A stretch of 63,617 nucleotides of DNA, the filler included, from Chiloscyllium plagiosum (Eukaryota): the NCBI RefSeq assembly GCF_004010195.1. It is 4 parts of one record of this genome, joined end to end, with 100 filler letters (N's around TTAATTAATTAA, not from the genome) between each part and the next. Parts side by side here need not be neighbours in the genome. Positions count along the whole stretch, not along the records: positions 25,657 to 44,983 come from NC_057716.1; positions 45,084 to 55,784 come from NC_057716.1; 2 more parts are not named here. One strand, written 5' to 3'. This document shows positions 36,362 through 51,149 of this stretch, piece after piece. How positions within the stretch are numbered: position 1 is the stretch's first letter; the number at the start of each line of letters is the position of its first letter. The position numbers were made by a program, and so were the translations under genes. The notes beneath the pieces were generated by a model that searched no databases, was not told where the DNA came from, and saw nothing but the letters and a program-made list of their open reading frames with translations.

Positions 36362-38025
36362 AGAAATAATGGTCTCCTTTGATGTAACAGCCCTGTTTAC
36401 ATCAATCAACATTAACCTGGCCAAGGAAACACTGACTACATTATTAGAAGATCCAAAGACACATACACCGAACACCACTAACCTCATCAACAAAAACAGT
36501 ATCGTCAAGCTCGTGAACCTATGCCTTACCACCCACTTCACCTTCAACAATAAAAGCTACAGACAAACCAATGGAACACCCATGCGATTTCCAATATCAG
36601 GGTTCTTAGCAGAGGCAGTAATGCAGAGACTCCACCAAACAGCTCTGCCAACCATCCAACCCAAACTTTGGATCTGCTACGTGGATGACACCTTTGTCAT
36701 CACTAAATGAAACAAATTAGAGGAAACCTTCAAGACCATCAATAATACCCTTACTGGCATAAACTTCACTAAAAAGGAGGAGAAAAACAACAAACTACCA
36801 CTCCTAGATGTCACAGTAGAGCGAACAGCCAATGGGGAACTTCAAACCAGTGTTCACAGGAAAACAACATATATAGAACAAATATTGAACTACAGAAGCA
36901 ATCATTCCAACATCCACAAACGAAGCTGCATCAGAACATTATTTCAATGAGCCAACACACACTGCAGCACAGAGGAACTATGCAGAGCAGAGGAAAATCA
37001 CCTATCCTGTGTATTCAAAAACAATGGGTACCCAGTGAACACAGTCCGCCGATTTCTCAGCAACAAACCCAAACAAGCAACAAAACACGTCCAGAAACCC
37101 TAGCCACTCTCCCCTACATTAACTCGGAAATGACTGCCAGATTATTCAGACCCCTTGGCATCATGATAACCCACAAACCCACCAACACACTAAAACAGCA
37201 GCTAATGAACTTGAAAGACCTTATACAGACAACAAGCAAAACTAATGTCATTTACAAAATGTCGTGCAAGGATTGTAACAAACACTACATTGAACAACAG
37301 GCAGAGAACTAGCCACCAGGAAACATGAACATCAATTAGCCACAAAACTACATGATCCTCTCTCATTATCCTTCCATACAAAGTTTGCGAGAAGATTTGT
37401 AGCTCGGGTGCTCATTATTGTGGTTCTGTTCGCGAGCTGGGAATTTGTGTTGCAGACGTTTCATCCCCTGTGTGGCGCTGAGGCGGTTGGCAACTGATTC
37501 CCATTTCCTGGCTTGTCTTAGTGTCTCTCGCCCATAGGTGTTCAAAGTTTGTGAGAAGATTTGTAGCTCGGGTGCTCGTTGTTCGTCAGGGGACGAAACG
37601 TCTGCAAGACAAATTCCCAGCTCGGCGAACAGAACCACAACATCCTTACATACAGATAAGGAAGGGCATCACTTTGACTGGGATAACACATCCATCCTAG
37701 GACAAGCTAAACAAAGACATGAGAATTCCCTGAAGCATGGCATTCCAACCATAACTCTACCAACAAACACATCGAGTTAGACCCCACCTACCACCCCCTG
37801 AGAAAAAGAACAGGAAGTGACTTCACCAAAGGAAATGACATCACCAGCCCAAAGAAACCCAAACATATAAATAGAAAGCAAGAATTATCAGCAGTGCTTC
37901 ACCTGAGGCCCACTGAAAATGTTACCTAGTATGGTGGTGAAAAGTCTGGAAATGGACTTTCCAGCTCAGCGAGGAAACCTACATCCAGACCCTCAACCTG
38001 AGCTACAAATCTTCTCAAAACTCTT
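36362..38025 (+). mobile_element. Penelope/Poseidon-like element (RT + GIY-YIG + pLTR) with a nested pLTR insert at ~37381-37640
   Basis: MVSFDVTALFTSI, YRQTNGTPM, YVDDTF, NVIYKMSCKDCNKHYI. Confidence 0.85.
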
Positions 38026-41000
38026 GTTATGTCCCTTCAAAATCCCAGTACAGACACTGAAATATGACAAAGACAAACAAAAGACAAATTGTTGAACAAA
38101 TATTATGGGTGGAAAAGAAATATAGACAGGGTATACAAAATTCTAATCATCAAAGATCAGATCACAATTTTCATAGAATTCCTACAGTGTGGAAAGAGAC
38201 CATTCGGCCCATTGAGTCTGGCCAAACCTCCAAAGAGCATCCTACCCATCTCCCTACCCTAAGTCTATAATCCTATGCTTCCCAAGGCTAATCCATCTAG
38301 CCTGTGCATCCCTGGATACTACAGCCAATTCACCTAACCTGGACATCTGCCTCGCACATCTTTTAAACTTCCTACCTCGCACCTTGAATCCGTGTCCCCT
38401 CGTAATTGACCCCTCCACTCTTCACCCAAAAAGCTTCATACTTATCACTCTATCCATGCCATTCACAATTTTATAAACATCTATCAATTGGGAAATGAAT
38501 TTCTCACATTCTTTTAATGTTTGCAATGATGAGACACTGCTGTTTGTAGGGTGATTGTTGTTGTTTTTTGATTCGATGAGTGATCAGGTAGACTTGTGTG
38601 TTATCTTGCACAATTCTTTCTTTTTAAGTTTTTCTGTTTACTTTTGCTTTTTCCTCAGGCTGTTATCAGATTTATGAACAGACCTCTCATATATTAGAGT
38701 TGATCTTTCTCTGCACCTTCTCTGTAACTGTAACAATATTTTCTGCATTCTGTTCTATTACCCTGATATACTTATGTAAGGTAATATAATATTTTTTACT
38801 GCACCTTGGTACATGTGACAATAAGAAATCCAGTCAAATCAAATTCTGAAGGCTTTGGATGTTGCTTGCCTGCTGCTCTTGACATTTACAGCTTTTTACC
38901 TCTGTAGGCTTAGTAGGCTCATCAAGCAGAACTTCTGCACTCAAAAAGTTCTCAAGGCTGTTCTGTTTTGGATACTCTCTCTTAGTGCTTCCAAAAAGCA
39001 ACATTGCATTGCACAGCTCAACAATATGCAACACATGATTTTCAAGTTGCAAAACTCTGAGTTTTTAGTTTAACAGTTCAATTTTTAATTCAGCTCACAT
39101 TTCCAAAAAATGAAAAATGTGCACTTTCTTGGTTCCTTACACAATGCTGAAAGAAGTGAATCAGCTCAGGAGTTGAATTTTGTGTCGACGCCACAGATCC
39201 ATGGGCAGAAATGGTGGCAAATGCTGCTTCCACTCAAGTGCAATGCAACCATCCAACTGTGATGATGCACAACCAGCCAATGATTTTAGGCGTGGTTAAA
39301 AATCCTGTTCAATTAAAGAGCAGAGGTGGGAAGCAAGTCATTGATGGTGGCAGCTGTTGACTGAAAGGCAAGTGTTGCTGCCAGCCATACTTAAAGGGCT
39401 TCCAGCCTTGCATTCACTGCCGCTTTGTATAAAATGCATGCCTGATTGACAGTGCTGAAGACCCTTCCTCCTGACCTCGTGCAAAGGACCATGAAAGAGC
39501 TAAACTCAAGGCAGCTACAACCAGGGCAGTGTGAAGGTATGGGGTGGCCTCTGATAAAAAGAACCAGAAATGATATCACCCACTTGACAGACCAAGACAC
39601 ATAAATAGAAAACGGGACAGAACACCAGCATTTGAACAGAGGCTCACTGATTATTGTCGTGGTCAGGATTACCCTTTGTCTATACATAAAACGTGACCAG
39701 ATGACTGATGAAATTCCCATGATTAATGTACTGAGACAGTTGGTCTTATAACATATTGTTCTAAACGAGGTGAAATCTTAGTAGCAATGTTATATGTCTA
39801 GACTTTTGATTATAACAGCCTTATGTTTTGAATATGACAAATATAGGAACCTTCTCCTTTTAAGAGTGTAAACGCAAACACTCTGGAATTTGAAGACTAT
39901 GTTTGTTTATCACCTTTCTCCCTTGATTTTGCACTGGACATACTCTTTTCTTCTTCAAGTTCTATCTTCATAATTGAATGATTAACTGGAATATTACATT
40001 TTACAACAATTCATACACCATGAAATGTTTAGCAGATCTGTTTCATTGACAACTATCAGGCTAATTTATCAATGAACACAGTTTAAAATCACAGGCTAAA
40101 TTTATAGGGCCCCTGGGAACCAGGAATGGAGGTGATCGGCCCCAAAAATACTGGTGCCCAGTCAGCATACCAATTCCACAATGCTGCTCCCAGTGCCAGC
40201 ATTAAGGCTGGAAAAGGAATTCTACTCTTCTCCCACTTTAGGTTAGATATACTAAAGTTGTCATTAGGAACAATCCTTACCAGAATTGCTCTTTTCTTCT
40301 TTAAACACTTACTACCTGTTTTATATTTTCTTGTTGACTTTCTCTGGTTTTACCCATTTTCTTTGTTTATATTCTATCCAATCTTCTGACCTGTCACCTG
40401 TCTTTGCACAATATGTCTTTACTTTAAGTCTGGTATCACCTTTAACATTTCTGGTTAACCATGGATGGTGCGTCCTTCCCTTGTAATTTGTCTTTTTCTT
40501 TGGAATGTACCGACTGTGTTTTCTGAAGTATCCCCTTAAATGTCTGCCACGGTATCTCTAATCTTTTAAGATTAGATATCTCAAAATTGGTCTGTTGTGA
40601 ACAGAGCCAGGGGTATGTGACCACAGACGAAGCGGATATGAGAACCTAGAAAGTTAAAGTTGATGAGCCTCAGCCCCTGCAATTGTCCAACAGTTACAAA
40701 GTTCTTGCAAACTGTGCAGATTAGACCACGGATTGCAGGGAGGATGAACAAACTGATCATAGCACCTTGGTACAGAGGATCATTCAAATGGGGAAACGAA
40801 AAATGAATGTAGTTGTGGTAGGGAACAATGTAATTCAGGAGATAGATACTGTCATTTTCAGAAGTGAGCAGGAGTCCCAAAGGTTGTTTTGCCTAGCTGG
40901 TGCCAGGTCTAAGGCCAGCTCTTCAGAGCTGGTGAAGAATTTAGGGAGGGTGGGGAGAGATCTAGTGTTGCATGATGCATGCAAAGTAGGACCCTCCAGC

Positions 41001-41300
41001 TGGAGCTTGTCTGCTCAGCTGGTTCTTCTTTTCTTGTTTGTCTTCTCTTTCCATTCGTGTTTTTTTCTCTTCCTTTCCTTCTTTTTCATTAGTAGACTTG
41101 CCAATGTTAAAGTTGTTTAAATGGTCATTGTATAGTCATATGGATGAAAATGGAACTGTGTAGGTTAGATGGGCTTCAGATTGGTTTTTCAGGTCAGCGC
41201 AACATTGAGGGCCTGTACTGCGTTGTTATGTTCTATGTTAGATTGAGAGAGAGTGTGCACGTGTGTGTGTGTGTGAGAGAGAGAGTCTATCATGTGGTGG

Positions 41301-41511
41301 TTCTGGATTAGTGGTGCTGGAAGAGCACAGCCGTTCAGGCAGCATCCAAGGAGCAGCGAAATCGACGTATCGGGCAAAAGTCCTTCTTCAAGGCTTTTGC
41401 CCGAAACGTCGATTTCGCTGCTTCTTGGATGCTGCCTGAACTGCTGTGCTTTTCCAGCACCACTAATCCAGAATCTGGTTTCCAGCCTCTGCAGTCATTG
41501 TTTTTACCTAG
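41301..41511. mobile_element. Palindromic PLE pLTR insertion
   Basis: Inverted arms; TSD catgtggtgg at 41291-41300 and 41512-41521. Confidence 0.8.
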
Positions 41512-41817
41512 CATGTGGTGGGGCCACCACTAGTACAACATGAATCCATGATCTCAGTTGTGGTTATCCTCATGTTTACTGAACTTGGCTATTGGCCTCT
41601 GCTTGGTGACTCTGCGTTTTTATGTACCCCAAAGTCCGCTTTGGAGGACATTTACCAGACGACCTGAGGCCAAATGTTCTTGACTACTGAAGTGATCCCC
41701 AACTGGAAGGGAACATCCTTGCCTGGTGACAATATAAAAATATTTTAAACATTACAAAAGGGAGTGAGAAGCCAAAGTGAGCACAGACTCCTTAGAGAAT
41801 TAGACTGGGGAAATACT

Positions 41818-42125
41818 GGGGCAGCACAGTGACTCAGTGGTTAGCACTGCTGCCTCACAGCGCCAGAGACCTGGGTTCAATTCCCTCCTTGGGCGACTGT
41901 CTGTGTGCAGTTTGCACATTCTCCCTGTGTCTCCTCTGGGTGCTCCAGTTTCCTCCCACAATCCAAAGATGAGCAGGCCAGGTGAATTGGCCATGCTAAA
42001 TTGCCCATTGTGTTGGGTGCATTAGTCAGGGGTAAATATAGGGTACGAATGGGTTGCTCTTCGGAGGGTCAGTGTGGACGTGATGTGGCGAATGGTCTGT
42101 TTCCATGCTGTAGGGAATTGAATCT
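41818..42125 (+). mobile_element. HE1-type SINE
   Basis: A/B boxes and core. Confidence 0.85.
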
Positions 42126-42559
42126 AATAATGGGGAACCAGAAAATGGCAGAGGAGTTGAATAAGTATTTTGCATAAATCTTCACACTGGAAAACACTAT
42201 AGCATTCTAAAATTACTAAGTAAACAAGGGCAAAAGGAAAGGAAATACATGCAATAGGTATCACTAGAGAAAAATTCCTCTGGAAACTATTGGGCTAAAG
42301 ATCAATAAGTCCTTTGGACCTGATGGGATGCATCCTAGGATGAAATTAGAATAACACAATTCATAACAATAATAGGGCAATTGGAAGTTATTATTATGAT
42401 CAAGTAGAATTGGCATGGCTTCAGGAAGGGAAAGTCACTCTTGACAAATTTATGAGAATACTTTGAGGAGGGAACAAGAAGGACAAATAAAGCAGAAACA
42501 GTGGACGTAATATATTTGGATTTTCAGAAAGTATGTGATAAGTTACCACAAATTAGGCT

Positions 42560-44983
42560 ACTTGTGCGAGCAGCAGCGGAGGTAGGACGAACTCGGAAGA
42601 CTGCAGATAAGGTAAGGCAGTTTTTATTAAAATTACTTACCGGGAGCGGGCAGCGGTGTTTTTCTCTTTCACAGAAGGAGCGGGAGCAGCGGAGGAAGTG
42701 ACGGGGACCAGACGGGTAGCCGGGAAGGTAAGCAGTGAGTATAAATACTCACCCTTTGACGCCAATGGCCATTTTAAGTGCGAGCAGCAGCAGAGAAGGA
42801 ACGGGAGCAGCGGAGGAAGTGATGTGGACCGGAGGGGCAGCCGGGAAGGAAAGCAGTGACCATATATATCAGCAAGGCGGCTAAACCCGAGACTCTACTA
42901 CTGTAGTGTCTCCCACCTGCCCTCCTCCTCTAATCTAGTTAATAAGTAGGAAGAGTGGGAGTGATGACCAGGTGACTGCCGGTAATATATCTGGGCAGTG
43001 GCTGAACCCGAGACACGACACGTCCCCCCCCCCCCCCCCCCCCCCAACCAAAGATAGGACTATGGTTTGTTAAGGTAAGGATTTTCCATTTCTTTATCGG
43101 TGAATGGTTAACAATTTACTTTTTATGGTTTATCTATTAATTGGATTTTAGAAAAAGACTATAGCAGAGAGGTATCAGAACCTATTTTAACTCAAACCTA
43201 TACAAAGTAATAAAGTAATTAACTAAGCAGAGATGGCTGGGCAGGTGATGTGCTGTAGCTGTATGATATGGGAGCTGGCTCATCCCATTGTGAACGGTAG
43301 TGACCACATCTGCAGCAAGTGTTGGTTGCTGGAAGAACTCCAGATCAGAGTTGATGATCTGGAATCTGAGCTTCAAACACTGCGGCACATCTGGGAGGGG
43401 GAGAGTTACCTGGACGCTTTGTTTCAGGGGCAGTCACACCTGGGAGATTAAGTAATTCACATTCAGTTAGTGATCAAGGACATCAGAGTGTGACTGTAAG
43501 TGAGGCAGGCAGAGGGAACTTGAGTTCAGGAGTGCAGGAGCCTCAGCCCTTGACCTTGTCCAACAGGTATGAGACCCTTGCTCCCTGTACGGATGAGGCA
43601 AAGGGCTCTGGACAGGATGAGCCAACTGACCAAGGCACCATGGTGCAGAAGGCCATTCAAGAGGGGGGAGCAAAAAGACAAGTAGTGGTTATAGGGGATT
43701 CTATAATTGAGGGACAGATAGTATCCTATGCAAGCCAGATCGGGAGTCTCGCATGGTGTGTTGCCTGCCCGGTGCCAGGGTACGAGACATCTCCGACCAG
43801 CTTGAAAGGATATTGGAGCGGGAGGGGGAGGATCCAGTTGTTGTGGTCCACGTTGGGACTAACAACATAGGCAAGACTAGGGTGGAGGACCTGTTTGGGG
43901 ATTATCAAGCACTCTGAAGGAAAGTGAAGTACAGGTCCTCAAGGGTCATAATCTCTGGATTACTGCCCGAGCCACGTGCCAAATGGCATAGGGATAAGAA
44001 AATTAGGGAAGTAAACACGTGGCTAAGGGATTGGTGTGGGAAAGAGGGATTCCATTTCATGGGGAATTGGCATCAGTTTTGGAACCGGGGGTATCTGTAC
44101 CGTTGGGACGGTCTCCACTTGAACCGATCTGGTACCAATGTTCTAGCGAAGAGGATAAATAGGGTGGTCAGTAGGACTTTAAACTTCTGAGCTGGGGGGA
44201 AGAGAAAGTGAAAGCGACAGGGAGTATGGAGTTAAATGGAAAGATAAGCAGGAGGATAGCATGTATGCAGGTGGATTTAACCTTGAGGCAGATTAGGAGT
44301 GCAACAAAAAGGAAGGATAACTTAGGACATCTTATGACTTCCAATATCTCTAATGATAAGAATGTTAGCATCAAGGCACTTTACCTGAATGCTTGTAGCA
44401 TTCATAACAAAGTAGATGAACTAACGGCAGAGATCATCGTGAATGATTATGATGTGGTAGGCATCACAGAGACATGATTGCAGGGGGGTCAGGACTGGTA
44501 GTTAAACATCCAAGGATTTACAACTTATCGAAAAGACAGGGAGGTGGGCGGAGTGGCCTTGTTAGTTAAGAACAAAATTAAATCTATGGCACTGAATGAC
44601 ATAGGGTCGGATGATGTGGAGTCTGTGTGGGTGGAATTGAGGGGGACTTCAATATGCAGGTGGACTGGGTAAATAATGTTGCCAGTGGATCCAAAGAAAG
44701 GGAATTCTTGGAATGCTTACAGGATGGCTTTTTGGAACAGCTTGTCATTGAGCCCACAAGGGAACAGGCTATTTTGGACCTAGTGCTATGTAATGAACCA
44801 GACTTTATAAAAGATCTTAAAGTAAGGGAACACTTAGGAAGCAGCGTTCATAATATGGTAGAGTTCAGTCTACAGTTTGAAAGAGAGAAGGCAAAATCGG
44901 ATGTAATGGTGTTACAGTTAAACAAAGGTAATTACAGGGGCATGAGAGAGGAACTGACGAAAATCGACTGGAAGCAGAGCCTA
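42560..44983 (+). mobile_element. CR1 LINE 5' part: repeated 5' UTR, ORF1 (Zn finger/zipper + SGNH esterase), start of ORF2 APE
   Basis: CCSC..CSKC..LEELQIRVDDLE; VVIGDSI; VVVHVGTNN; DGLHLN; LYLNACSIHNK..GITET. Confidence 0.9.
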
Positions 44984-45083
44984 NNNNNNNNNNNNNNNNN
45001 NNNNNNNNNNNNNNNNNNNNNNNNNNNTTAATTAATTAANNNNNNNNNNNNNNNNNNNNNNNNNNNNNNNNNNNNNNNNNNNN

Positions 45084-46900
45084 CAGTTTTGGGCCCCGCA
45101 CCTCAGGAGGGACATACTGGCACTGGAGCGTGTCCAGCGGAGATTCACACGGATGATCCCTGGAATGGTAGGTCTAACATACGAGGAATGGCTGAGGATC
45201 CTGGGATTGTATTCATTCGAGTTTAGAAGATTAAAGGGAGGCCCACCACTCTCTGGCTGAAGAAATGTCTCCGCACTTCTGTTCTGAATTTACCCCCTCT
45301 AATTCTAAGGCTGTGCCCACGGGTCTTAGTCTCCTCGCCTAACGGAAACAATTTCCTAGTGTCCACCCTCTCCAAGCCATGTATTATCTTGTAAGTATTT
45401 ATAAGATCTCCCCTTAATCTTCTCAACTCCAATGAATACAATCCCAGGATCCTCAGCCATTCCTCCACCTTAAAACTATGACCCCTCATGTTAACAATTT
45501 CTGCCCTGGGAAAAAGTCTCTGGCTATCAACTCTATCTATGCCTCTCATTATCTTGTACACCTCAATTAGGTCCCCTCTCTTCCTTCTTTTTTCCAATGA
45601 AAAAAGTCCAAGCTCAGTCAACCTCTCTTCGTAAGATAAGCCCTCCATTCCAGGCAGCATCCTGGTAAACCTCCTCTGAACCCTCTCCAAAGCATCCACA
45701 TCTTTCCTATAATAGGGTGACCAGAACTGGACACAGTATTCCAAGTGTGGTCTAATCAAAGTTTTATACAGCTGCAACAAGATCTCATGGTTTTTAAACT
45801 CAATCCCCCTGTTAATGAAAGCTAAAACACCATATGCTTTCTTAACAATCCTGTCCACTTGGGTGGCAATTTTAAGGGATCTATGTACCTGCACACCAAA
45901 ATCTCGCTGTTCCTACACACTGCCAAGAATCCTGTCTTTAATCTTGTACTCAACTTTCAAGTTCGACCTTCCAAAATGCATCACTTCACATTTATCCAGG
46001 TTGAATTCCATCTGCCACCTCTCAGCCCATCTCTGCATCCTGTCAATGTCACACTGCAGCCTACAACACGGCACGGTGGCACAGTGGTTAGCACAGCTGC
46101 CTCACAGTGCCAGAGACCCGAGTTCAATTCCCGCTTCAGGCGACTGACTGTGTGGAGTTTGCACATTCTCCCCGTGTCTGCATGGGTTTCCTCCGGGTGC
46201 TCTGGTTTCCTCCCACAGTTGACCATAGCAACACGACGGTTGGAGGAAGAGCACCACATCTTCCGCCTAGGAACCCTCCAACCACAAGGGATGAACTCAG
46301 ATTTCTCCAGTTTCCTCACAACACATTTTCAGCTCTGATCTCCAGCATCTGCAGTCCTCACCTTTTCCTCCCACAGTTCAAAGATGTGCAGATCAGATGA
46401 ATTGGCTGTGCTAAATTGCCCGTAGTGTTAGGTAAGGGGTAAATTAGGGGTCTGGGTGGGCTGCGCTTCGGTGGGTCGGTGTGGACTTGTTGGGCTGAAG
46501 GGCCTGTTTCCACAATGTAAGTAATCTAATCTAAAACAGCCCTCTATACTGTCAACGACACCTCCAACCTTTGTGTCGTCTGCAAACTTGCTAACCCATC
46601 CTTCAATCTCCTCATCCAAGTCATTAACAAAAACTACAAAGAGTAGAGACCCAAGAACAGAGCCCTGTGGAACACCACTCACCACTGACTTCCAGGCAGA
46701 ATACTTTCCTTCTACTACCACTCGCTGTCTTCTGTCGACCAGCCAATTCTATATCCAGACAGCTAGATTTCCCTGTATCCCCTTACTCCTGACCTTCTGA
46801 ACGAGCCTACCATGGAGGACCTTATCAAATGCCTGGCTGAAGTCCATATACACCGCTCAACCCTCACCAACTTGTCTAGTAACATCCCCAAAGAACTCAA
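45084..46900. mobile_element. Mosaic of CR1 RT fragments (mostly -) with a nested HE1 SINE and PLE piece
   Basis: ORFs 45223..45894 and 46428..46721 are CR1 RT; SINE at ~46070-46535. Confidence 0.85.
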
Positions 46901-47019
46901 TAAGATTTGTGATCTGTCTTTCTCAGCTTTGAATAAACTTGATAAACCAGACTGAACATCTCATTTCCTGCTTTTTCTTCCCACTTTTTGGTATTTTCTC
47001 CACCTAAGTTTTCACCTCC

Positions 47020-50000
47020 CCTGTGGTGGGTCTCAGCCGGTTCTCTCAGCAGCTTGTCACAGGTTTCAGTCTGGCCTCCCAGCAGCTTGTGGTGGGTCTC
47101 AGTCTGGTCTCTCAGCAGTTTGTGGTGGGTCTCAGCCTGGTCTCTCAGCAGCTTGTGGTGGATCTCAGTCTGGTCTCTCAGCAGCTTGTGGTGGGTCTCA
47201 GTCTGGTCTCTTAGCAGCTTGTGGTGGGTCTCAGCCTGGTCTCTCAGCAGTTTGTGGTGGGTCTCAGTCTGGTCTCTTAACAGTTTGTGGTGGGTCTCAG
47301 CCTGGTCTCTCAGCAGCTTGTGGTAGGTCTCAGTCTGGTCTCTCAGCAGTTTGTGATGGGTCTCAGACTGGTCTCTCAGCAGCTTGTGGTGGATCTCAGT
47401 CTGGTCTCTCAGCAGTTTGTGGTGGGTCTCAGTCTGGTCTCTTAACAGTTTGTGGTGGGTCTCAGCCTGGTCTCTCAGCAACTTGTGGTGGGTCTCAGTC
47501 TGGTCTCTCAGCAGTTTGTGATGGGTCTCAGACTGGTCTCTCAGCAGCTTGTGGTGGGTCTCAGTCTGGTCTCTTAGCAGCTTGCGGTGGGTCTCAGCCC
47601 GGTCTCTTAGCAGCTTGTCACAGGTCTCAGCCTGGTCTCTCAGCAGCTTGTGGTAGGTCTTAGCCTTGTTTCTCAGCAATTTGTGGTGGGTCTCAGTCTG
47701 GTCTCTCAGTAGCTTGTCACAGGTCTCAGTCTGGTCTCTTAGCATCTTGTGGTGGGTCTCAGCCTGTTCTCTTAGCTGCTTGTCACAGGTCTCAGCCTAA
47801 TCTCTCAGCAGCTTGTGGTGGGTCTCAATCTGGTCTCTCAGCAGCTTGTCGCAGGTCTCAGCCTGGGCTCTCAGCAGCTTGTGGTGGGTCTCAGCCTGGT
47901 GTCTTAGCAGCTTGTCACAGGTCTCAGCCTGGTCTCTCAGCAGCTTGTGGTGGGTCTCAGTCTGGTCTCTCAGCAGCTTGTGGTGGGTCTCAGCCTGGTG
48001 TCTTAGCAGCTTGTCACAGGTCACAGCTTGGTCTCTCAGCAGCTTGTCACAGGTCTCAGCCTGGTCTCTCAGCAGCTTGTGGTGGGTCTCAGTCTGGTCT
48101 CTTAGCAGCTTGTGGTGGGTCTCAGCCGGGTCTCTTAGCAGCTTGTCACAGGTCAGCCTGGTCTCTCAGCCGCTTGTGATGGGTCTCAGTCTGTTCCCTG
48201 AGCAGCTTGTGGTGGGTCACAGTCTGGTCTCTCAGCAGCTTGTCACAGGTCTCAGTCTGAGCTCTTAGCAGCTTGTGGTGGGTCTCAGGCTGGTCTCTCA
48301 GCAATTTGTGGTAGGTCTCAGCCTGGTCTCTTAGCAGCTTGTCACAGGTCTCAGCCTGGTCTCTCAGCAATTTGTGGTGGGTCTCAGTCTGGTCTCTCAG
48401 CAGCTTGTGGTGGGTCTCAGTCTGGACTCTCAGCAGCTTGTGGGGGTCTTAGCGTGGTCTCCCAGCAGCTTGTTGTGGGTCTCAGTCTGGGCTCTCAGCA
48501 GCTTGTGGTGGATCTTAGCCTGGTCTCTTTGCAGCTTGTGGTGGGTATCAGTCTGATGTCTCAGCAGCTTGTGGTAGGTCTCAGCCTGGTCTCTCAGCAA
48601 TTTGTGGTGGGTCTCAGTTTGGTCTCTCTGCAGCTTGTGGTGGATCTCAGTCTGGTCTCTTAGCAGCTTGTCAGAGGTCTCAGCCTAATCTCTCAGTATC
48701 TTGTCACAGGTCTCAGCCTGGTCTCTCAGCAGCTTGTGGTAGGTCTCAGCCTGTTCTCTTAGCAGCCTGTCACAGGTCTCAGCCTGGTCTCTCAGCAGCT
48801 TGTCACAGGTCTCAGCCTAGTCTCTCAGCAGCTTGTCACAGGTCTCAGCCTAATCTCTCAGCAGCTTGTGGTGGGTCTCAGTCTGGTCTCTCAGCAGCTT
48901 GTGGTGGGTCTCAGCCTGGTCTCTCAGCAGCTTGTCACAGGTCTCAGCCTGGGCTCTCAGCAGCTTGTGGTGGGTCTCAACCTGGTCTCTCAGCAGCTTG
49001 TGGTGGGTCTCAGTCTGGTCTCTCAGCAGCTTGTCACAGGTCTCAGTCTGGTCTCTTAGCAGCTTGTGTTGGGTCTCAGTCTGGTCTCTCAGCAGCTTGT
49101 GGTGGGTCTCAATCTGGTCTCTCAGCAATTTGTGGTGGGTCTCAGCCTGGTCTCACAGCAGCTTGTCACAGGTCTCAGCCTGGTCTCTCAGCAGCTTGTC
49201 ACAGGTCTCAGCCTGGTCTCTCAGCAGGTTGTGATGGGTCTCAGCCTGGTCTCACAGAAGCTTGTGGTGGGTCTCAGTCTGGTCTCTTAGCAGCTTGTGG
49301 TGGGTTTCAGCCTGGTTTCTTAGCAGCCTGTCACAGGTCTCAGCCTGGTCTCTCAGCAGCTTGTGGTGGGTCTCAGCCTGGTCTCTCAGCAGCTTGTGGT
49401 TGGTCTCAGTCTGATCTCTCAGCAGCTTGTGGTGGGTCTCAGCCTAATCTCTCAGCAGCTTGTGATGGGTCTCAGCCTGGTCTCCCAGCAGCTTGTGATG
49501 GGTCTCAATCTGGTCTCTCAGCAGCTTGAGGTGGGTCTCAGCCTGGTCTCTCAGTACCTTTTCACAGGTCTCAGCCTGGTTTCTCAGCAGCTTGTCACAG
49601 GTCTCAATCTGGTCTCTCAGCAGCTTGTCACAGGTCTCAGCCTGGTCTCTCAGCAACTTGTGGTGGATCTCAGCCTGGTCTGTCAGCAACTTGTGGTAGG
49701 TCTCAGCCTTGACTCTCAGCAGCTTGTGGTGGGAGTCAGCCTGGTCTCTCAGCAGCTCGTGGTGGGTCTCAGTCTGGTCTCTCAGCAGCTTGTGGGGGTC
49801 GCAGCCTGGGCTCTCAGCAGCTTGTCACAGGTCTCAATTTTGTCTCTCAGCAGTTTGTAATGAGTCTCAGTCTGGTCTCTCAGCAGTTTGTGATGAGTCT
49901 CAGTCTGGTGTCTCAGCAGCTTGTGCTGGGTCTCAGCCAAGTCTCACAGAAGCTTGTGGTCGGTCTCAGTCTGGTCTCACAGAAGCTTGTGGTGGGTCTC

Positions 50001-50865
50001 AGCCTGGTTTCTTAGCAGCTTGTGGTAGGTCTCAGTCTGATCTCTCAGCAGCCTGTCACAGGTCTCAGCCTGATCTCTCAGCAGCTTGTGGTGGGTCTCA
50101 GTCTGGTTTCTCAGCAGCTTGTGGTAGGTCTCAGTCTGATCTCTCAGCAGCTTGTCACAGGTCTCAGTCTGGTCTCTCAGCAGCTTGTGGTGGGTCTCAG
50201 TCTGGTCTCTTAGCAGCTTGTGGTGGGTTTCAGCCTGGTTTCTTAGCAGCCTGTCACAGGTCTCAGCCTGATCTCTCAGCAGCTTGTGGTGGGTCTCAGT
50301 CTGATCTCTCAGCAGCTTGTCACAGGTCTCAGTCTGGTCTCTCAGCAGCTTGTCACAGGTCTCTGTCTGGTCTCTCAGCAGCTTGTGGTGGGTCTCAGCC
50401 TGGTCTCTCAGCAGCTTGTGATGGGTCTCAGCCTGGTCTTTCAGCAGCTTGTCACAGGTCTCAGTCTGGTCTCTCAGCAGCTTGCCACAGGTCTCAGCCT
50501 GGTCTCTCAGCAGCTTGTGGTGGGTCTCAGTCTGGTCTCTCAGCAGTTTGTGATGGGTCTCAGCCTGGTCTCTCAGCAGCTTGTCACAGGTCTCAGTCTG
50601 GTCTCTCAGCAGCTTGTGGTGGGTCTCAGTCTGGTCTTTCAGCAGCTTGTGGTGGGTCTCAGCCTGGTCTCTTAGTAGCTTGTGGTGGATCTCAGTTTGG
50701 CCTCTCAGCAGTTTGTGGTGGGTCTCAGTCTGGTCTCTTAGCAGCTTGGGGTGTGTCTCAGCCTGGTCTCCCAGCAGCTTGTCACAGGTCTCAGCCTGGT
50801 CTCTCAGCAGCTCGTGATGGGTCTTGGCCTGATCTCTTGGCAGCTCATGGTGGTGTCTTGGCTTA
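47020..50865. repeat. 33-bp minisatellite, >100 copies
   Basis: Unit ctcagyctggtctctcagcagctt(gtggtgggt|gtcacaggt). Confidence 0.95.
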
Positions 50866-51149
50866 GGTGTGCGGGTGGATCCTGCCCGGGTATATTCCCA
50901 AGACACTGGAGGAGATTGGAGAGGTGGCAGATTCAGCAGCAGTGATGGTATCTGTGGGCAGCAGCTGCTTTGAGAATAGGTGGCTGAGGTCTCCCAGAGA
51001 GTGAGATCAACAGGGGACTCATCAAAGACAGATGAACATTTTAACTTATTCCTTTATTTTCCTAGCGTAAACTACAAAAGATTTTAATGTTAACTATTAC
51101 CTTATTTCTCTGCTATTCTATGAAGTAATGCTTAACTTTTTAACTCTCA

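Noticed and set aside
46897..50906. Repeat ORFs of up to 385 aa as real proteins
   Set aside because: A 33-bp unit keeps several frames on both strands open by construction; stops and frameshifts are scattered; no splice or start context
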